Origin: an uncultured Pseudomonadota bacterium
GTDB lineage: Bacteria > Oederibacteriota > Muellerivitia > Muellerivitales > Muellerivitaceae
Assembly: GCA_963770835.1 (NCBI GenBank)
Contig: CAVYRH010000026.1
Span: 160,001-224,000 of the forward strand
Length of the DNA: 64,000 nucleotides
Direction: 5' to 3'
Shown here: one piece after another, positions 1-9,712 of the stretch
How positions within the stretch are numbered: the first letter of the stretch is position 1
Layout: each line of letters begins with the position of its first letter
Program-made: the position numbers and the translations under genes
The notes under the pieces: generated by a model
Told to the model about the DNA's origin: nothing
What the model saw: the letters and a program-made list of their open reading frames with translations, nothing else
The model's database searches: none

Positions 1-189
1 CTCAAAACTAAAATATTGGTTCCTGGAAACCTTTGGAAAGGCTTCCTTAAGGGGTTTTTTCCAGCCAAAGCTCGAAGTCTATTTCGCTTTCCACCCAACC
101 CTTTTTCACCGGCTCTTCCGTCAAAACGTTGAAGTTTCGACAACCCGTGGGATTATTCACCCGTCTCCTTTTTCCAGAGGGCGAACCTT

Positions 190-2358
190 ATGTGGATTCC
201 GGTCTCGCTGTTCTTCTTCACCTTCTTTTTCTATCTCCGCTCGCTCTGCGCTACCTTTAACATCAACGACTCGGGCGAGACCATCATGAACTGCGACCTC
301 CTGGCCCTGGCCCATTCGCCCGGCTACCCCCTGCATACGCTCTTAGGAAGGGTGGCCTGCCTGATCCCCTTGGGACAGCCCATGTTCCGGGTCTCGCTTC
401 TTTCCTCCCTCATCGCAAGCCTGACGGCGGTTATGGTTTACGTCGTCCTCAAGCAGGTCTTGAGGACGGCCCTGGCGGCCCCCGCCGGGGGGCAGGAAAA
501 GCCCGAAGCCTGGTTATTAGAAGCCCCCGCGCTCTTCGGCGCCCTGGTTTTCGCCTTTTCCTTCCAATACTGGTTTCAAACGGGCGGGGCCAAGGGCAGC
601 ATCTACACCCTCAACATCCTTCTCTCAACCGCCACGCTTTTCTTTCTTTTCAAGATGCGGGAGGAAGGGCGATTCCTCCAGGCCTTCCGCGTGATAGCTT
701 TCCTACTCGGGCTGGGCCTGGCCCATCACTGGCCCAACCAGGTGGCCCTGGCTCCGGCTTACCTTTGGCTTTTCCTGGCCGGCCAGAAAAGGGTCCCGCC
801 CGGGGACTGGCTGAAGAACCTCCTGCGGCCCTTCGACCTTTGGGCGAGGGTGAAGAGCCTGGCTTCCGCCTTGGGAGGGGCCAACCTAGTCCGCGCCTTA
901 TCCTTCCTGCTGCTTCCCCTTTCGGCTTATCTTTTTCTCCCCATCCGGTCGGTTCAAAATCCCCCGGAAAATTGGTGGAACCCGCATAACTTCACCCGGT
1001 TGCGGGAGACGATCCTCCGCAAGGGCTACGACGGCCTGGATCAGGGGCAATCCTTCTTAACCTTCTGGCACAACGTGGATCGCTTCTTCCCGGATATTCA
1101 AACCCAATGGGGAAGCCGGTTCAGTCTCCTTGTTTTGCTGCTGGTCCCCGTGGGTTTCGCCTGGCTTTTCCGGCGGCAAAGGTCCAGCGCCGTCGGGCTG
1201 TTCCTGTTCGGGGCCGGGGTCTTTTTTTGCCTGACGATCTACACCACGCCCCGTTACGCCTGGCTGTTGGACAATTTCTTCACGCCGGTTTACCTGTCCT
1301 TGTCCCTCTTCGCGGCGGCGGGGATGGCCTGTCTTTTCCTTTGGGCCCGGCGCATCCTTTCTTTCCGCTGGGCGCGCCCTGTCCTGGCCGCCGCCTGCCT
1401 GGGGCTGGCCCTGGTACCCCTGGGGCTTAATTATTCCGCCAACGACCAGAGCCTCTACGTGGGTTCCTATGACGAAGGCCTGAATATGCTCAAGACCGCC
1501 GACCGCAACGGCGTCATCCTTTGCAACGGCGACATCGACATCCTGCCCCTTTGGTACCTGCAATTGGTGGAGGGGAAGAGGCCCGAAGTGGCCACCCTGA
1601 CCATGCAATTGCTTCCCTACGATTGGTACCGGGATGCGATCGCCCAGCGCTGGCCTTTCCTGAAAGTGCCGGTGGGGGCGGATCTCCGGCCCGAGGCGGT
1701 CACGCGGGACTTGATCGCGGGACTGGCGGGGGAGAGGTCTTTTTACTCGACCAATATCTTCCCATCCGGCTGGCTGATGCAGAATTACCCGGTGGTGCCG
1801 GACGGCCTCCTGTGGCGGCTGGCCAATACCCGGAACCAGGATTTCGCCTTCACCGCCGGGCGCGCCAACCAGCTTTGGGACCGGTATGAAGTGAGGAACA
1901 TGGACCCGCCGCAGCGGAAGTATTGGGACGAGTACACGGATGTGATGAAGGATTCCTACGGCATGGCCTGTTCCTGCATGGGCGATTTCGCCATGATGAG
2001 CCACAGCCCCCAAACGGCCCAGTGGGGCTACACGAAGGCCCTGGATTACCGGCAGGCCCCCCAGATGGGGATCACCTTCGTCAAATTAGCCGACGCCGAG
2101 CTGGCCATGGCCCAACCCGACCAGGCCCTGGCCCATTACCAGGAATCCCTAAGGTGGATCCCCTCCTCGGCTTACAATTACACCCCTTATGCCTATGCCC
2201 GCATCGGCGACGCCTGCTTGATGAAGAAGGATTACGTGAACGCCCAGGAAGCCTTCCAGGCCGCCTTGAAGCTCAACCCCCAGCAAAGGGAAGCGCTGGA
2301 GGGACTCGAGAAACTCCAGAAGGATCAAGGGAACAGCGGACCGGCCCCAAGGTCTTAG
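190..2358 (+). CDS. DUF2723 / TMEM260-like GT-C membrane glycosyltransferase with C-terminal TPRs
   Basis: N-terminal DSGE...AHSPGYPLHTLLG motif, many TM segments, GDIDILPLWY motif, TPR-like helices at the C-terminus. Confidence 0.8.
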   Translation: MWIPVSLFFFTFFFYLRSLCATFNINDSGETIMNCDLLALAHSPGYPLHTLLGRVACLIPLGQPMFRVSLLSSLIASLTAVMVYVVLKQVLRTALAAPAGGQEKPEAWLLEAPALFGALVFAFSFQYWFQTGGAKGSIYTLNILLSTATLFFLFKMREEGRFLQAFRVIAFLLGLGLAHHWPNQVALAPAYLWLFLAGQKRVPPGDWLKNLLRPFDLWARVKSLASALGGANLVRALSFLLLPLSAYLFLPIRSVQNPPENWWNPHNFTRLRETILRKGYDGLDQGQSFLTFWHNVDRFFPDIQTQWGSRFSLLVLLLVPVGFAWLFRRQRSSAVGLFLFGAGVFFCLTIYTTPRYAWLLDNFFTPVYLSLSLFAAAGMACLFLWARRILSFRWARPVLAAACLGLALVPLGLNYSANDQSLYVGSYDEGLNMLKTADRNGVILCNGDIDILPLWYLQLVEGKRPEVATLTMQLLPYDWYRDAIAQRWPFLKVPVGADLRPEAVTRDLIAGLAGERSFYSTNIFPSGWLMQNYPVVPDGLLWRLANTRNQDFAFTAGRANQLWDRYEVRNMDPPQRKYWDEYTDVMKDSYGMACSCMGDFAMMSHSPQTAQWGYTKALDYRQAPQMGITFVKLADAELAMAQPDQALAHYQESLRWIPSSAYNYTPYAYARIGDACLMKKDYVNAQEAFQAALKLNPQQREALEGLEKLQKDQGNSGPAPRS

Positions 2359-2467
2359 CCCAAGCCCGGCCCTTGGGCCGCTTCACGCGGCGATAACTAA
2401 TTTGGATCATAATGCATTCGCCACCCGGGGTTTAGACTGCTTTATCGTCAACCCAAAAGGGGGGCCC

Positions 2468-2818
2468 ATGCGCTCCATCACTGCCGATTCGAATCTCGTG
2501 GCCTGTTGCGGGCTCTATTGCGGAGCCTGCCCGGCCTATTTGAACGAAAAATGCGAGGGCTGCCAGCAAAGCAAAAGAAACGGATGGTGCGGGGTCAAGA
2601 AATGCGCCCAGGAAAAGGGGATCTCCACCTGCGCGCAATGCAGCCAATACCCCAACCCCATGGATTGCAAGAAATTCAACAACTTCATTTCCAGGATGAT
2701 GGGCCTCGTCTTTAACTCCAACCGCGCGGCCTGCGTGGAGGAAATACGGCAAATGGGCCTGCAAATCTACGCGGCGAAAATGGCGGACCTTCGCAAACAG
2801 ACCTTGCCGCGTTCATAG
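2468..2818 (+). CDS. DUF3795-like Cys-rich protein (copy 1)
   Basis: CGLYCGACP, CxGC, CxxxxC, CxxC motifs; ATG 2468 after AAAAGGGGG; 116 aa. Confidence 0.75.
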   Translation: MRSITADSNLVACCGLYCGACPAYLNEKCEGCQQSKRNGWCGVKKCAQEKGISTCAQCSQYPNPMDCKKFNNFISRMMGLVFNSNRAACVEEIRQMGLQIYAAKMADLRKQTLPRS

Positions 2819-2919
2819 AACTTCTTCCCCCCTCCCCCGGGCGGTCGATCGCCTGGATCATAATCCGCCTGGGCTCCACCGGCTTAAATTACCTCATATC
2901 CCAAAGCCGAGGTGTTCCC

Positions 2920-3270
2920 ATGCGTCCAACCGTCGCCGATCCTACCCTTATCGCCATCTGCGGGCTCTATTGCGGAACCTGTGGCGCCTACGTGACGGAA
3001 AAATGCGGGGGATGCCGGCAAAGCGAGGCGAAGACCGGGTGCTGCGTGAGGAATTGCGCCAACCAAAAAGGCATCTTCACTTGCGCGGACTGCTGGAGTT
3101 TTTTCAAAGCCGGGAACTGCGGCGAGTTCAACCACGCCGCCCCGCAAGTCTTCGGCCTGCACTTTCCCGCCGACCGCCCCAACTGCCTCAAGGAAGTGAG
3201 GCGATTGGGGCCCAATGCCTATTCCCAAAAGATGGCGGGGTTGGGGCACACCCTTTTCCGCCAGCCTTAA
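2920..3270 (+). CDS. DUF3795-like Cys-rich protein (copy 2)
   Basis: CGLYCGTC and the same Cys spacing as copy 1; GAGGT SD; 116 aa. Confidence 0.75.
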   Translation: MRPTVADPTLIAICGLYCGTCGAYVTEKCGGCRQSEAKTGCCVRNCANQKGIFTCADCWSFFKAGNCGEFNHAAPQVFGLHFPADRPNCLKEVRRLGPNAYSQKMAGLGHTLFRQP

Positions 3271-3320
3271 TCCAAGACAAGACTAGTTCTTAACCCTAGC
3301 CTTCCCGGTAGAATCCATCC

Positions 3321-3830
3321 ATGGACACCCTGCGTTTCACCACGGTTTTTGACCCGGAGGATTTCCAGGCCGTCGAGGACTTGGCTTTCCCCATTTGGCG
3401 GGAGCATTACACGCCCATCATCGGGACGGCCCAAGTGGAATACATGCTCCAAAAGTTCCAGACCGCCAAGGCCGTGGTGGAACAGGCGCGGGAGGGGGCC
3501 CTTTACTTCCTTATTCAAACTCCCCAAGGGGAAAACACGGGGTTCTTATCGGTTATTCCCCGGCCTGGGGAGCTCTTCCTGAGCAAGCTTTATCTTTTGA
3601 AAGAGTACCGGGGCAAGGGACACGCCCGAATGGCCTTGGAGTTCATCAAAAGCATGGCCCGGAACCGGGATTTGGGGCGTATCACGCTTACGGTCCACAA
3701 ACAAAACCCCTCCGTGAAGGCCTACCAAGCCATGGGGTTCCGCATCCTGGAATCCGTCGTGACCGCTATCGGCGGCGGGTTCGTCATGGACGATTACCGG
3801 ATGGCGCTGGATATTCCGGGATCAGTTTAA
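3321..3830 (+). CDS. GNAT family N-acetyltransferase
   Basis: LSKLYLLKEYRGKGHA acetyl-CoA motif A, followed by N-x-x-x-x-x-Y-x-x-x-GF. Confidence 0.85.
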   Translation: MDTLRFTTVFDPEDFQAVEDLAFPIWREHYTPIIGTAQVEYMLQKFQTAKAVVEQAREGALYFLIQTPQGENTGFLSVIPRPGELFLSKLYLLKEYRGKGHARMALEFIKSMARNRDLGRITLTVHKQNPSVKAYQAMGFRILESVVTAIGGGFVMDDYRMALDIPGSV

Positions 3831-5912
3831 AAACGACCCCAGGATATATTTCTCGAAGAAAGACTCCTCCAGGGTGAAGTCCGCCCCCATCTGGGAATTG
3901 CCCGCCGTCAACACCCCGACGATATCCATTTCCGGAACGATGAAAATATACTGCCCCGCCCAACCGTTGGCCTCAACGATGTGGATGGTCTTGCCGTGGA
4001 TGACCGGGTTTTTCAACCAGAACAAATAGCCGTAATCGAAGTCCGCCGCGTGTTTCACGCCCACGTCCTGGGTCCACGATTCGGAGAGAATGCGCTTTCC
4101 TTGCCACATCCCCTTGTCCAGGTAGAGCAGGCCCAGCTTGGCCATTTCCCGGGGCGTGAGCGAATGGCCCGTGTCCACCGCCGTGATGCCGCCGGGCCCG
4201 GTCGACCAAGGGTGCTTTTCGATGCCCAAGGGGCCCTCCAGGTATTTCTGGGCGAAATCCGCGATGGTGAGGCCGCTCTTTTGGGCGATCAGGTTGCTCA
4301 CGGGGATGAGGGAAGTCCCATTGTAGGTCCAGTGGGTGCCCGGGTCGTGGGCCAGGGGCAGGGACAGGGTGTAGGACAGCCAGTCCGGGGATTTCCAAAA
4401 ATCCTTGCCGCAGGAATCCGCCAGGTTGTCGCATTGGAAACCCGAGGTCATGCAGAGCAGAAGGCCGAAGGTGATCTTGTCCTTGCGTCCATCCCAGCCG
4501 GGCTTGGAGCGGTAGTCCGGGTAAAAATCGTAGGGCTTTTGGTTCAAGTTTAAGAGCCCCTGGTCCTGGGCGATACCGAAGAGGGTGGAAAAGACGGACT
4601 TGGTCACGGAATAGAGGGCGTGGGGGTCCTGGGGCCCCAGGCCATGGAAATACTCGTCCATGACCAGCTTTCCATGGTGGATGACCGCCAAGCTGTGGAT
4701 ATGGGAGAAGGTCCCGTCCAAGACCTTGTCCATGCCGTCCGTGATCAAATTAAGATTGGTCTTTTCTTGCCGGAGATCGGCAACGGAAAGCCCGTCCTTC
4801 AGGTCCTGCGGCGGTTGGTACGTGTATTGGGTGACGGGTTGGCCTTGGCCGTCGACCCGGGGAAGGGAATAGTCCAGGCCCCGGCTGAAATGGAGGATAT
4901 AAGCTTTGTCCTTTGTTTTCTCGGTGCCCGACATGAAGTTTCCCGAGGAGTCCAGGGTTAAATCCGTAATGTTCAAATCGTCCACCGCGCGGAAATGGCG
5001 GCCCTTCCAGGTGATTTTCCCTTTCACGGGCTGGTCGGACAGGCCGTCCCGGATATCGTCATAGGCCATGGTGATTTTTCCGTCCTTGCCTTTTTCGGCA
5101 TGAACGGCCAGGAGCAGGGTGACAGCTTCCCCCGATAGGGTCCCGGTCCCATACCAGTCCCCGGCGAAACCCTTGGCGGAAGCTTGGGCCGGAACCATAG
5201 GTGTGGACCCCAGGGGGCGGCTGAAGGTGAGGGTGAAGTCAAAAACCTTTTCCTCGCCCGACTTCCAATCCCAAGCCTTGTCCGAGGGCTCGTTATGGGT
5301 CAGATAGGCCAGCAGTTCGGTGCCCCATTTCCGGTTGTCCTGCAGGTAGATATGGGTGGAACCGGGATCCACTTGAAGCTGGAGATTGCCCAAGGCCGGG
5401 GAGGGTCCCAGGGCCAGGGGTTTGCCGTCGGCTTGGGCGATCAGGCCTACGCCGCCCGGGGCATCGGTGGGAATTTTTCCATTATAGGCATCGAGTTGGT
5501 AGGGGGTTTCCTGCCATTCGTTGTACAGCAGGTAAAGGGGAATACGGACCTGCACGCAGCGGATGTTTCCCCTGGGAACCAGGACGTAGCGGATATGGAG
5601 GCCCTTGGGCAGGGCTTCCACCGTCAGTTTGAGGTCCACGGATTGGTTCGGGCCCAGGCCGCAGAAGCCGGTCACGTTAGGGTCTTCCCCCATGGACAGG
5701 CCGAAGACGTTGAATTTCCAGCCCTCGGTGAAGACTTCCGGTTCGATGCGGGCGATCTCGTGGGAGCTATCGGAGAGGGCAATGGAACCGTTGGGCTTCA
5801 CCCGGAAGGAGAGGGTTTCGTCCGGCTTAGGGGATGAGGCCGAAAGAGAACAGGGAAACAAGGATAAAAGGCCCAACCCAAGAACAACCCGGCTTAACCG
5901 CATGGTTTTCAT
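3822..5912 (-). CDS. Secreted serine hydrolase (class C beta-lactamase/AmpC-like) with long N-terminal extra domains
   Basis: SxxK (YSVTKS), PGTHWTYN, LTPREMAKLG, GWAGQ; signal peptide from ATG 5912 with AAGGAG SD; start overlaps the upstream HAD stop (ATGA). Confidence 0.8.
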   Translation of the reverse strand: MKTMRLSRVVLGLGLLSLFPCSLSASSPKPDETLSFRVKPNGSIALSDSSHEIARIEPEVFTEGWKFNVFGLSMGEDPNVTGFCGLGPNQSVDLKLTVEALPKGLHIRYVLVPRGNIRCVQVRIPLYLLYNEWQETPYQLDAYNGKIPTDAPGGVGLIAQADGKPLALGPSPALGNLQLQVDPGSTHIYLQDNRKWGTELLAYLTHNEPSDKAWDWKSGEEKVFDFTLTFSRPLGSTPMVPAQASAKGFAGDWYGTGTLSGEAVTLLLAVHAEKGKDGKITMAYDDIRDGLSDQPVKGKITWKGRHFRAVDDLNITDLTLDSSGNFMSGTEKTKDKAYILHFSRGLDYSLPRVDGQGQPVTQYTYQPPQDLKDGLSVADLRQEKTNLNLITDGMDKVLDGTFSHIHSLAVIHHGKLVMDEYFHGLGPQDPHALYSVTKSVFSTLFGIAQDQGLLNLNQKPYDFYPDYRSKPGWDGRKDKITFGLLLCMTSGFQCDNLADSCGKDFWKSPDWLSYTLSLPLAHDPGTHWTYNGTSLIPVSNLIAQKSGLTIADFAQKYLEGPLGIEKHPWSTGPGGITAVDTGHSLTPREMAKLGLLYLDKGMWQGKRILSESWTQDVGVKHAADFDYGYLFWLKNPVIHGKTIHIVEANGWAGQYIFIVPEMDIVGVLTAGNSQMGADFTLEESFFEKYILGSFLN

Positions 5913-6607
5913 AAGTTCTCCTTTGAATTCAGGTTCAATAATACCGGAAGTTCCGTGAGCGTGCGGATCACCGGCACTCCAACCCCTCCGCCGTTCCACC
6001 GGTTCTTCCGGTCCAGCCAGACGCCCCTCATCCCCGCCTGTTGGGCCGCCAGGGCGTCGGTCTCCAGGCGGTCGCCCACATAGACGCAATCCTTTTCATC
6101 GACCCCGGCTTCCTGGACGGCCAGTTCAAAAATAGCTTTGTCCGGTTTGGCTAAATCCACCTCTTGGCTAATGATAACCGTTGAAAAAAACGGGCGTAAG
6201 CCAAGTTTTCCGATTTTCAACCGGTGTTGCTCCCTTTCGCCGTTGGTAATAAGCCCCAAAGTGAGGCCTTGGAGGGCCCGGAGGCAGGGAAGACTGTCCG
6301 GAAAAAGATTCCAGTTGGATTCATAGGTTTCAAGATAGATCTGGAACCGAGCATCGGCCTCACTGTCCGACAGGGGGTTGGAAAAGAATTCCCGCGCCCT
6401 TGACCGGCGCCGCTCTTCGGTCGTTAATTTTGAGAGCGGATTATTTGACTGAAAATATTTTTCCGAGACGGTTTCCCAACGCAGGAGGAAACTTTCCAAA
6501 TCCCCGTTCAAAGAGTACCGGAAGGTCTCATAAAACTTCGTGGCCCCGGCCTTTGCCGCGGCGTCGTGGTCCAAGAGGGTGGCGTCCAAGTCGAAGAAGA
6601 TAACCAT
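5909..6607 (-). CDS. HAD family hydrolase (YjjG-like)
   Basis: FDLDATL, ITNG, KPD, VGDRLETD motifs. Confidence 0.85.
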   Translation of the reverse strand: MVIFFDLDATLLDHDAAAKAGATKFYETFRYSLNGDLESFLLRWETVSEKYFQSNNPLSKLTTEERRRSRAREFFSNPLSDSEADARFQIYLETYESNWNLFPDSLPCLRALQGLTLGLITNGEREQHRLKIGKLGLRPFFSTVIISQEVDLAKPDKAIFELAVQEAGVDEKDCVYVGDRLETDALAAQQAGMRGVWLDRKNRWNGGGVGVPVIRTLTELPVLLNLNSKENL

Positions 6608-6619
6608 TTAATCAGCTTC

Positions 6620-7093
6620 CTAATTGATTGTTTTTACGTGCCATTCCGAGGCGACGCCGAACTTCTGGCCCGACAGCAAATCCCTCTTGGCCTGGTCCAG
6701 GGGCCCACAAACCACATTCGCCAGGACCGCACCCTTGTCCTTCGCCGATTCCATTACTTTATCCAACAATTCCCGGCCGACGGTCGCCCATAATTCAGGG
6801 CGTTCCACCATGAAGTCATCCACGAAACAGATTTTGCCGCCGGGGTTATAAACCGGCGGCGCGCTCACGACCGCCCCTATGATGAAGCCGTCGATCTGGT
6901 CATTCTTTTCGCTTACCCAAACCATCGTGTTTTCCTTCGAGAGGGTGTCCTTTAAGAAAACCGAATGGATTTCCAGGGCCTTTTCACTTTCCTTGTGAAA
7001 AACCGGCTGGTAGTTTTCGTATTGTTTCCGCTTTTGTGCGGCAAGGAGGGCCACGGCCTGTAAATCCCCAGGTTGGGCAAGACGTATCGGCAT
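6620..7093 (-). CDS. GNAT family acetyltransferase
   Basis: GNAT-like pattern (GFIIG, VDDFMV, W-x-x-VGRELL); 157 aa. Confidence 0.6.
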   Translation of the reverse strand: MPIRLAQPGDLQAVALLAAQKRKQYENYQPVFHKESEKALEIHSVFLKDTLSKENTMVWVSEKNDQIDGFIIGAVVSAPPVYNPGGKICFVDDFMVERPELWATVGRELLDKVMESAKDKGAVLANVVCGPLDQAKRDLLSGQKFGVASEWHVKTIN

Positions 7094-7132
7094 ATCGAAA
7101 TCCTTTAAAACAGAGGTCCCATCACACGTCTT

Positions 7133-8419
7133 TTATTTGGGCAGGGGTTTGTTCCGGATGACTGAAATCCTTTTCAACGCCTTCCCATCTTTTAACAAGA
7201 TCACGAAATACTGGCCCGGCGAAACCAGCTTACCCTTTTGGTCCAGTCCGTCCCATTCTACCCATGAATCGCTTTGCGCCACGACCTTGCGGTCGAAGAG
7301 GGCTTCCAGGGAATTCCCCTCGTCATCCACCACTTCCACCTGGTAGCGGCCGGGTCCGTCGGCGAAGGTCAGGTAGATGTTGGCGGGGGGTTCGGTAAAA
7401 ACAACGTTGAGCGAGGGATCTAAGGGCGGCCATTGGGCTGGGTTGAGCCGGGCAGGCGTTGGGGTGGCCCGGGGCTGGGGTTTCGGCCGCGGGGCGGGAC
7501 GGATCGGTAAGGTGGCCGTGGGCAGGAAGAAACGGGTGGGGGTGGGAAGGACCCAGCGCGGCGAGGGGACCGCCAGCTTGGGGGGGTTGGAAGCCGTGGG
7601 TTTGGGAACAAGCCTCACCGGAGTAGGCGATGGGATGGGGTAAGTCGGTGTGAAAGTGGAAGTCGAAGTAAGCCAGGGGATTACGGGAGAACCGCAGGAA
7701 GGAACGTAAGAACCGAAAAAGGAAATTTGGGTCAGGCTGAATGCGAAGGGTCCGCTTTTCAGGGGGTAAATTTGAATTCCGGTTATATCGCTCCCGTCAG
7801 GGTGTTCCGGCAATCCTTCCTTGGGGGCCCCCTTTTGGCGGGTCATTTCGGAAAAGGGGATTTGGTGGAAAGTCCAAACCCCGGGAGGCGGCGTAAAATT
7901 AACGCCATACCAGCACCAATGATCACCATTCGTGACTGAGGCGCTGGGCACTTCAACCCGGTAGAGGCCGCCATCCCCCTTTATCCAAAATTGGATTCCC
8001 CTCAGGCCGTGGCATTCCACGTTGACGGGGGTGTCTATGGAATAAAGAGGGCATTGGAGGATGGCGTAGGACCAGGGGCCGTTGAGGTCCGCGCCCGGGC
8101 CCTGGCTATGTCCGAAAACCCATTCGGTCCCCTTCATGGTTCCCGTGACTCCCGCCGAGTATTTGCTTCCAGCATAGCCCGGGCCGTTGTAAGTGACGCT
8201 CATGGAGCGGTCGGGGTCAAGGACAGTCCAACGGCCGCCCCAGAGGTTTGTCCGGGCGGGATTGGGCCCGCTCAAGTAAGAATTATTGAAATCGTCGATG
8301 AGGGTCGAAGGGAGGCTGCCCGATGGGGCAGGGGATGCGGCATCAACAGCGCGGGTTAAAAGACCCAATACGAAAATTGAAGAAAGTAGGGCGGTTTTTA
8401 CGGAATGAAGATGGCTCAT
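7133..8419 (-). CDS. Secreted CIA30/CBM11-like domain protein with Pro/Thr linker and FlgD-type Ig C-terminal domain
   Basis: signal peptide; IDDF...GIQFWIKGDG...IPFSE; PT-rich linker; VEWDGLDQKGKLVSPGQY; ATG 8419 overlaps the upstream stop. Confidence 0.7.
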   Translation of the reverse strand: MSHLHSVKTALLSSIFVLGLLTRAVDAASPAPSGSLPSTLIDDFNNSYLSGPNPARTNLWGGRWTVLDPDRSMSVTYNGPGYAGSKYSAGVTGTMKGTEWVFGHSQGPGADLNGPWSYAILQCPLYSIDTPVNVECHGLRGIQFWIKGDGGLYRVEVPSASVTNGDHWCWYGVNFTPPPGVWTFHQIPFSEMTRQKGAPKEGLPEHPDGSDITGIQIYPLKSGPFAFSLTQISFFGSYVPSCGSPVIPWLTSTSTFTPTYPIPSPTPVRLVPKPTASNPPKLAVPSPRWVLPTPTRFFLPTATLPIRPAPRPKPQPRATPTPARLNPAQWPPLDPSLNVVFTEPPANIYLTFADGPGRYQVEVVDDEGNSLEALFDRKVVAQSDSWVEWDGLDQKGKLVSPGQYFVILLKDGKALKRISVIRNKPLPK

Positions 8420-9030
8420 GGCTTCACACAAAGAAATTGGAAATGCCCGCCTTTGCCTTCCCTGATCAGGGCCTTGCGGACAACCTTAAAACCCGCTTCC
8501 TCAAGCCAGCGGTGGTAGGTTTTCTCGTCCGCGTGGCTCCAAAACATGGTGGCCCCGAACCAATCCTCGGTCTTGCCGGTCCAGCGGCCCCAGCCCAGGA
8601 TGGATAGGAACATCCCGCCGGGCCTTAGCCAACGGAATATCCTTTTGAAGAGGGGTTTTTGCTCACGCAGGGGCAAATGGATGATGGAATAGAAACTGAG
8701 AATCGCGTCGAAAGAAGATGGCCTGAACTTTAATCGGGCCATATCGGCCCGCTGGAAACGGGCGTCCGGAACCAGCTTTTTCGCGCGCTTGATTTGGACG
8801 TCCGAAATATCCACCCCTAAAAAGGAGTGCCTCCGGCTGAAGAATTTCGCCACGGGCACGCCCATGCCGCAGCCCAGTTCCAGGATGCGGCTTCCCCGGG
8901 CCAGGCGCTTATCGGCCTCCCGAAGCCAGTAACGTCTATACTTCGCGTCCGGTCCCGCACCCCGATCGTTCTTGTAGTTTTCCGAGATCCGGTTGTAGCC
9001 CCGGCGGACAATATCTTTTAAGGGTTGCAT
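8416..9030 (-). CDS. Class I SAM-dependent methyltransferase
   Basis: ILELGCGMG, GVDIS, FDAI, LRPGG motifs. Confidence 0.9.
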   Translation of the reverse strand: MQPLKDIVRRGYNRISENYKNDRGAGPDAKYRRYWLREADKRLARGSRILELGCGMGVPVAKFFSRRHSFLGVDISDVQIKRAKKLVPDARFQRADMARLKFRPSSFDAILSFYSIIHLPLREQKPLFKRIFRWLRPGGMFLSILGWGRWTGKTEDWFGATMFWSHADEKTYHRWLEEAGFKVVRKALIREGKGGHFQFLCVKP

Positions 9031-9040
9031 ATGAAGTCCT

Positions 9041-9712
9041 TTAAATCGCTTCCAGCGCCGGAATGAGGTGATGGAAATCCGGTAAAATTATTTCAGCACC
9101 GGCGTCCCGGAGCGGTTGGACCGCTTTTCCGGACGCGATCCCGATGAAATCCCACCCCAAGGCCTCGGCCGCCTTGGCGTCCCATATCCAGTCGCCGACA
9201 TAGACGATTTTCCCGAACCGGTGAACCTTGTGAAGCCCACAAGCCCGGCGATTCGATGTTTCCAATACCTGTTCCCGGCTTTCGGCGTCGTCGGCCGTCC
9301 CTAGTGGAGTATCCCCCAGTTTGAAACCGGCGCTGCCCAGCTTAAAACGTCCCGCGAACTCGAAATTCCCGGTACCTACGGCCATTTTCCAGCCGGGATG
9401 GCCCAAAAGCTTATCCCATACCTGCAGCGCGCTAGGAGTCGGCTCAAAGGGATCGTTTCCGTATTCCTTTTTCAGCCACTTCGCCATGGATTCCTTGAAG
9501 CAGATAATGTCCTCTGCTGAGACATTCCGCCCCAAATGCTTTTGGAAAATTTCCACCAGGATGCCCGAATCGGTCGAACTGATAAAGCCGTTCCAACTGT
9601 CCTCGACCGTTATCCCGAAGACTTCCGCGAGGGCTTTGACGTAAGCGGCGTCGTTTCTTTTCCGGTGGTATTGGATGAGGGTTCCATCGATGTCGAAGAC
9701 AACTAAATTCAT
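9041..9712 (-). CDS. HAD family hydrolase
   Basis: FDIDGTL, TGN, VGDWIWD; ATG 9712 overlaps the pfkB stop. Confidence 0.85.
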   Translation of the reverse strand: MNLVVFDIDGTLIQYHRKRNDAAYVKALAEVFGITVEDSWNGFISSTDSGILVEIFQKHLGRNVSAEDIICFKESMAKWLKKEYGNDPFEPTPSALQVWDKLLGHPGWKMAVGTGNFEFAGRFKLGSAGFKLGDTPLGTADDAESREQVLETSNRRACGLHKVHRFGKIVYVGDWIWDAKAAEALGWDFIGIASGKAVQPLRDAGAEIILPDFHHLIPALEAI

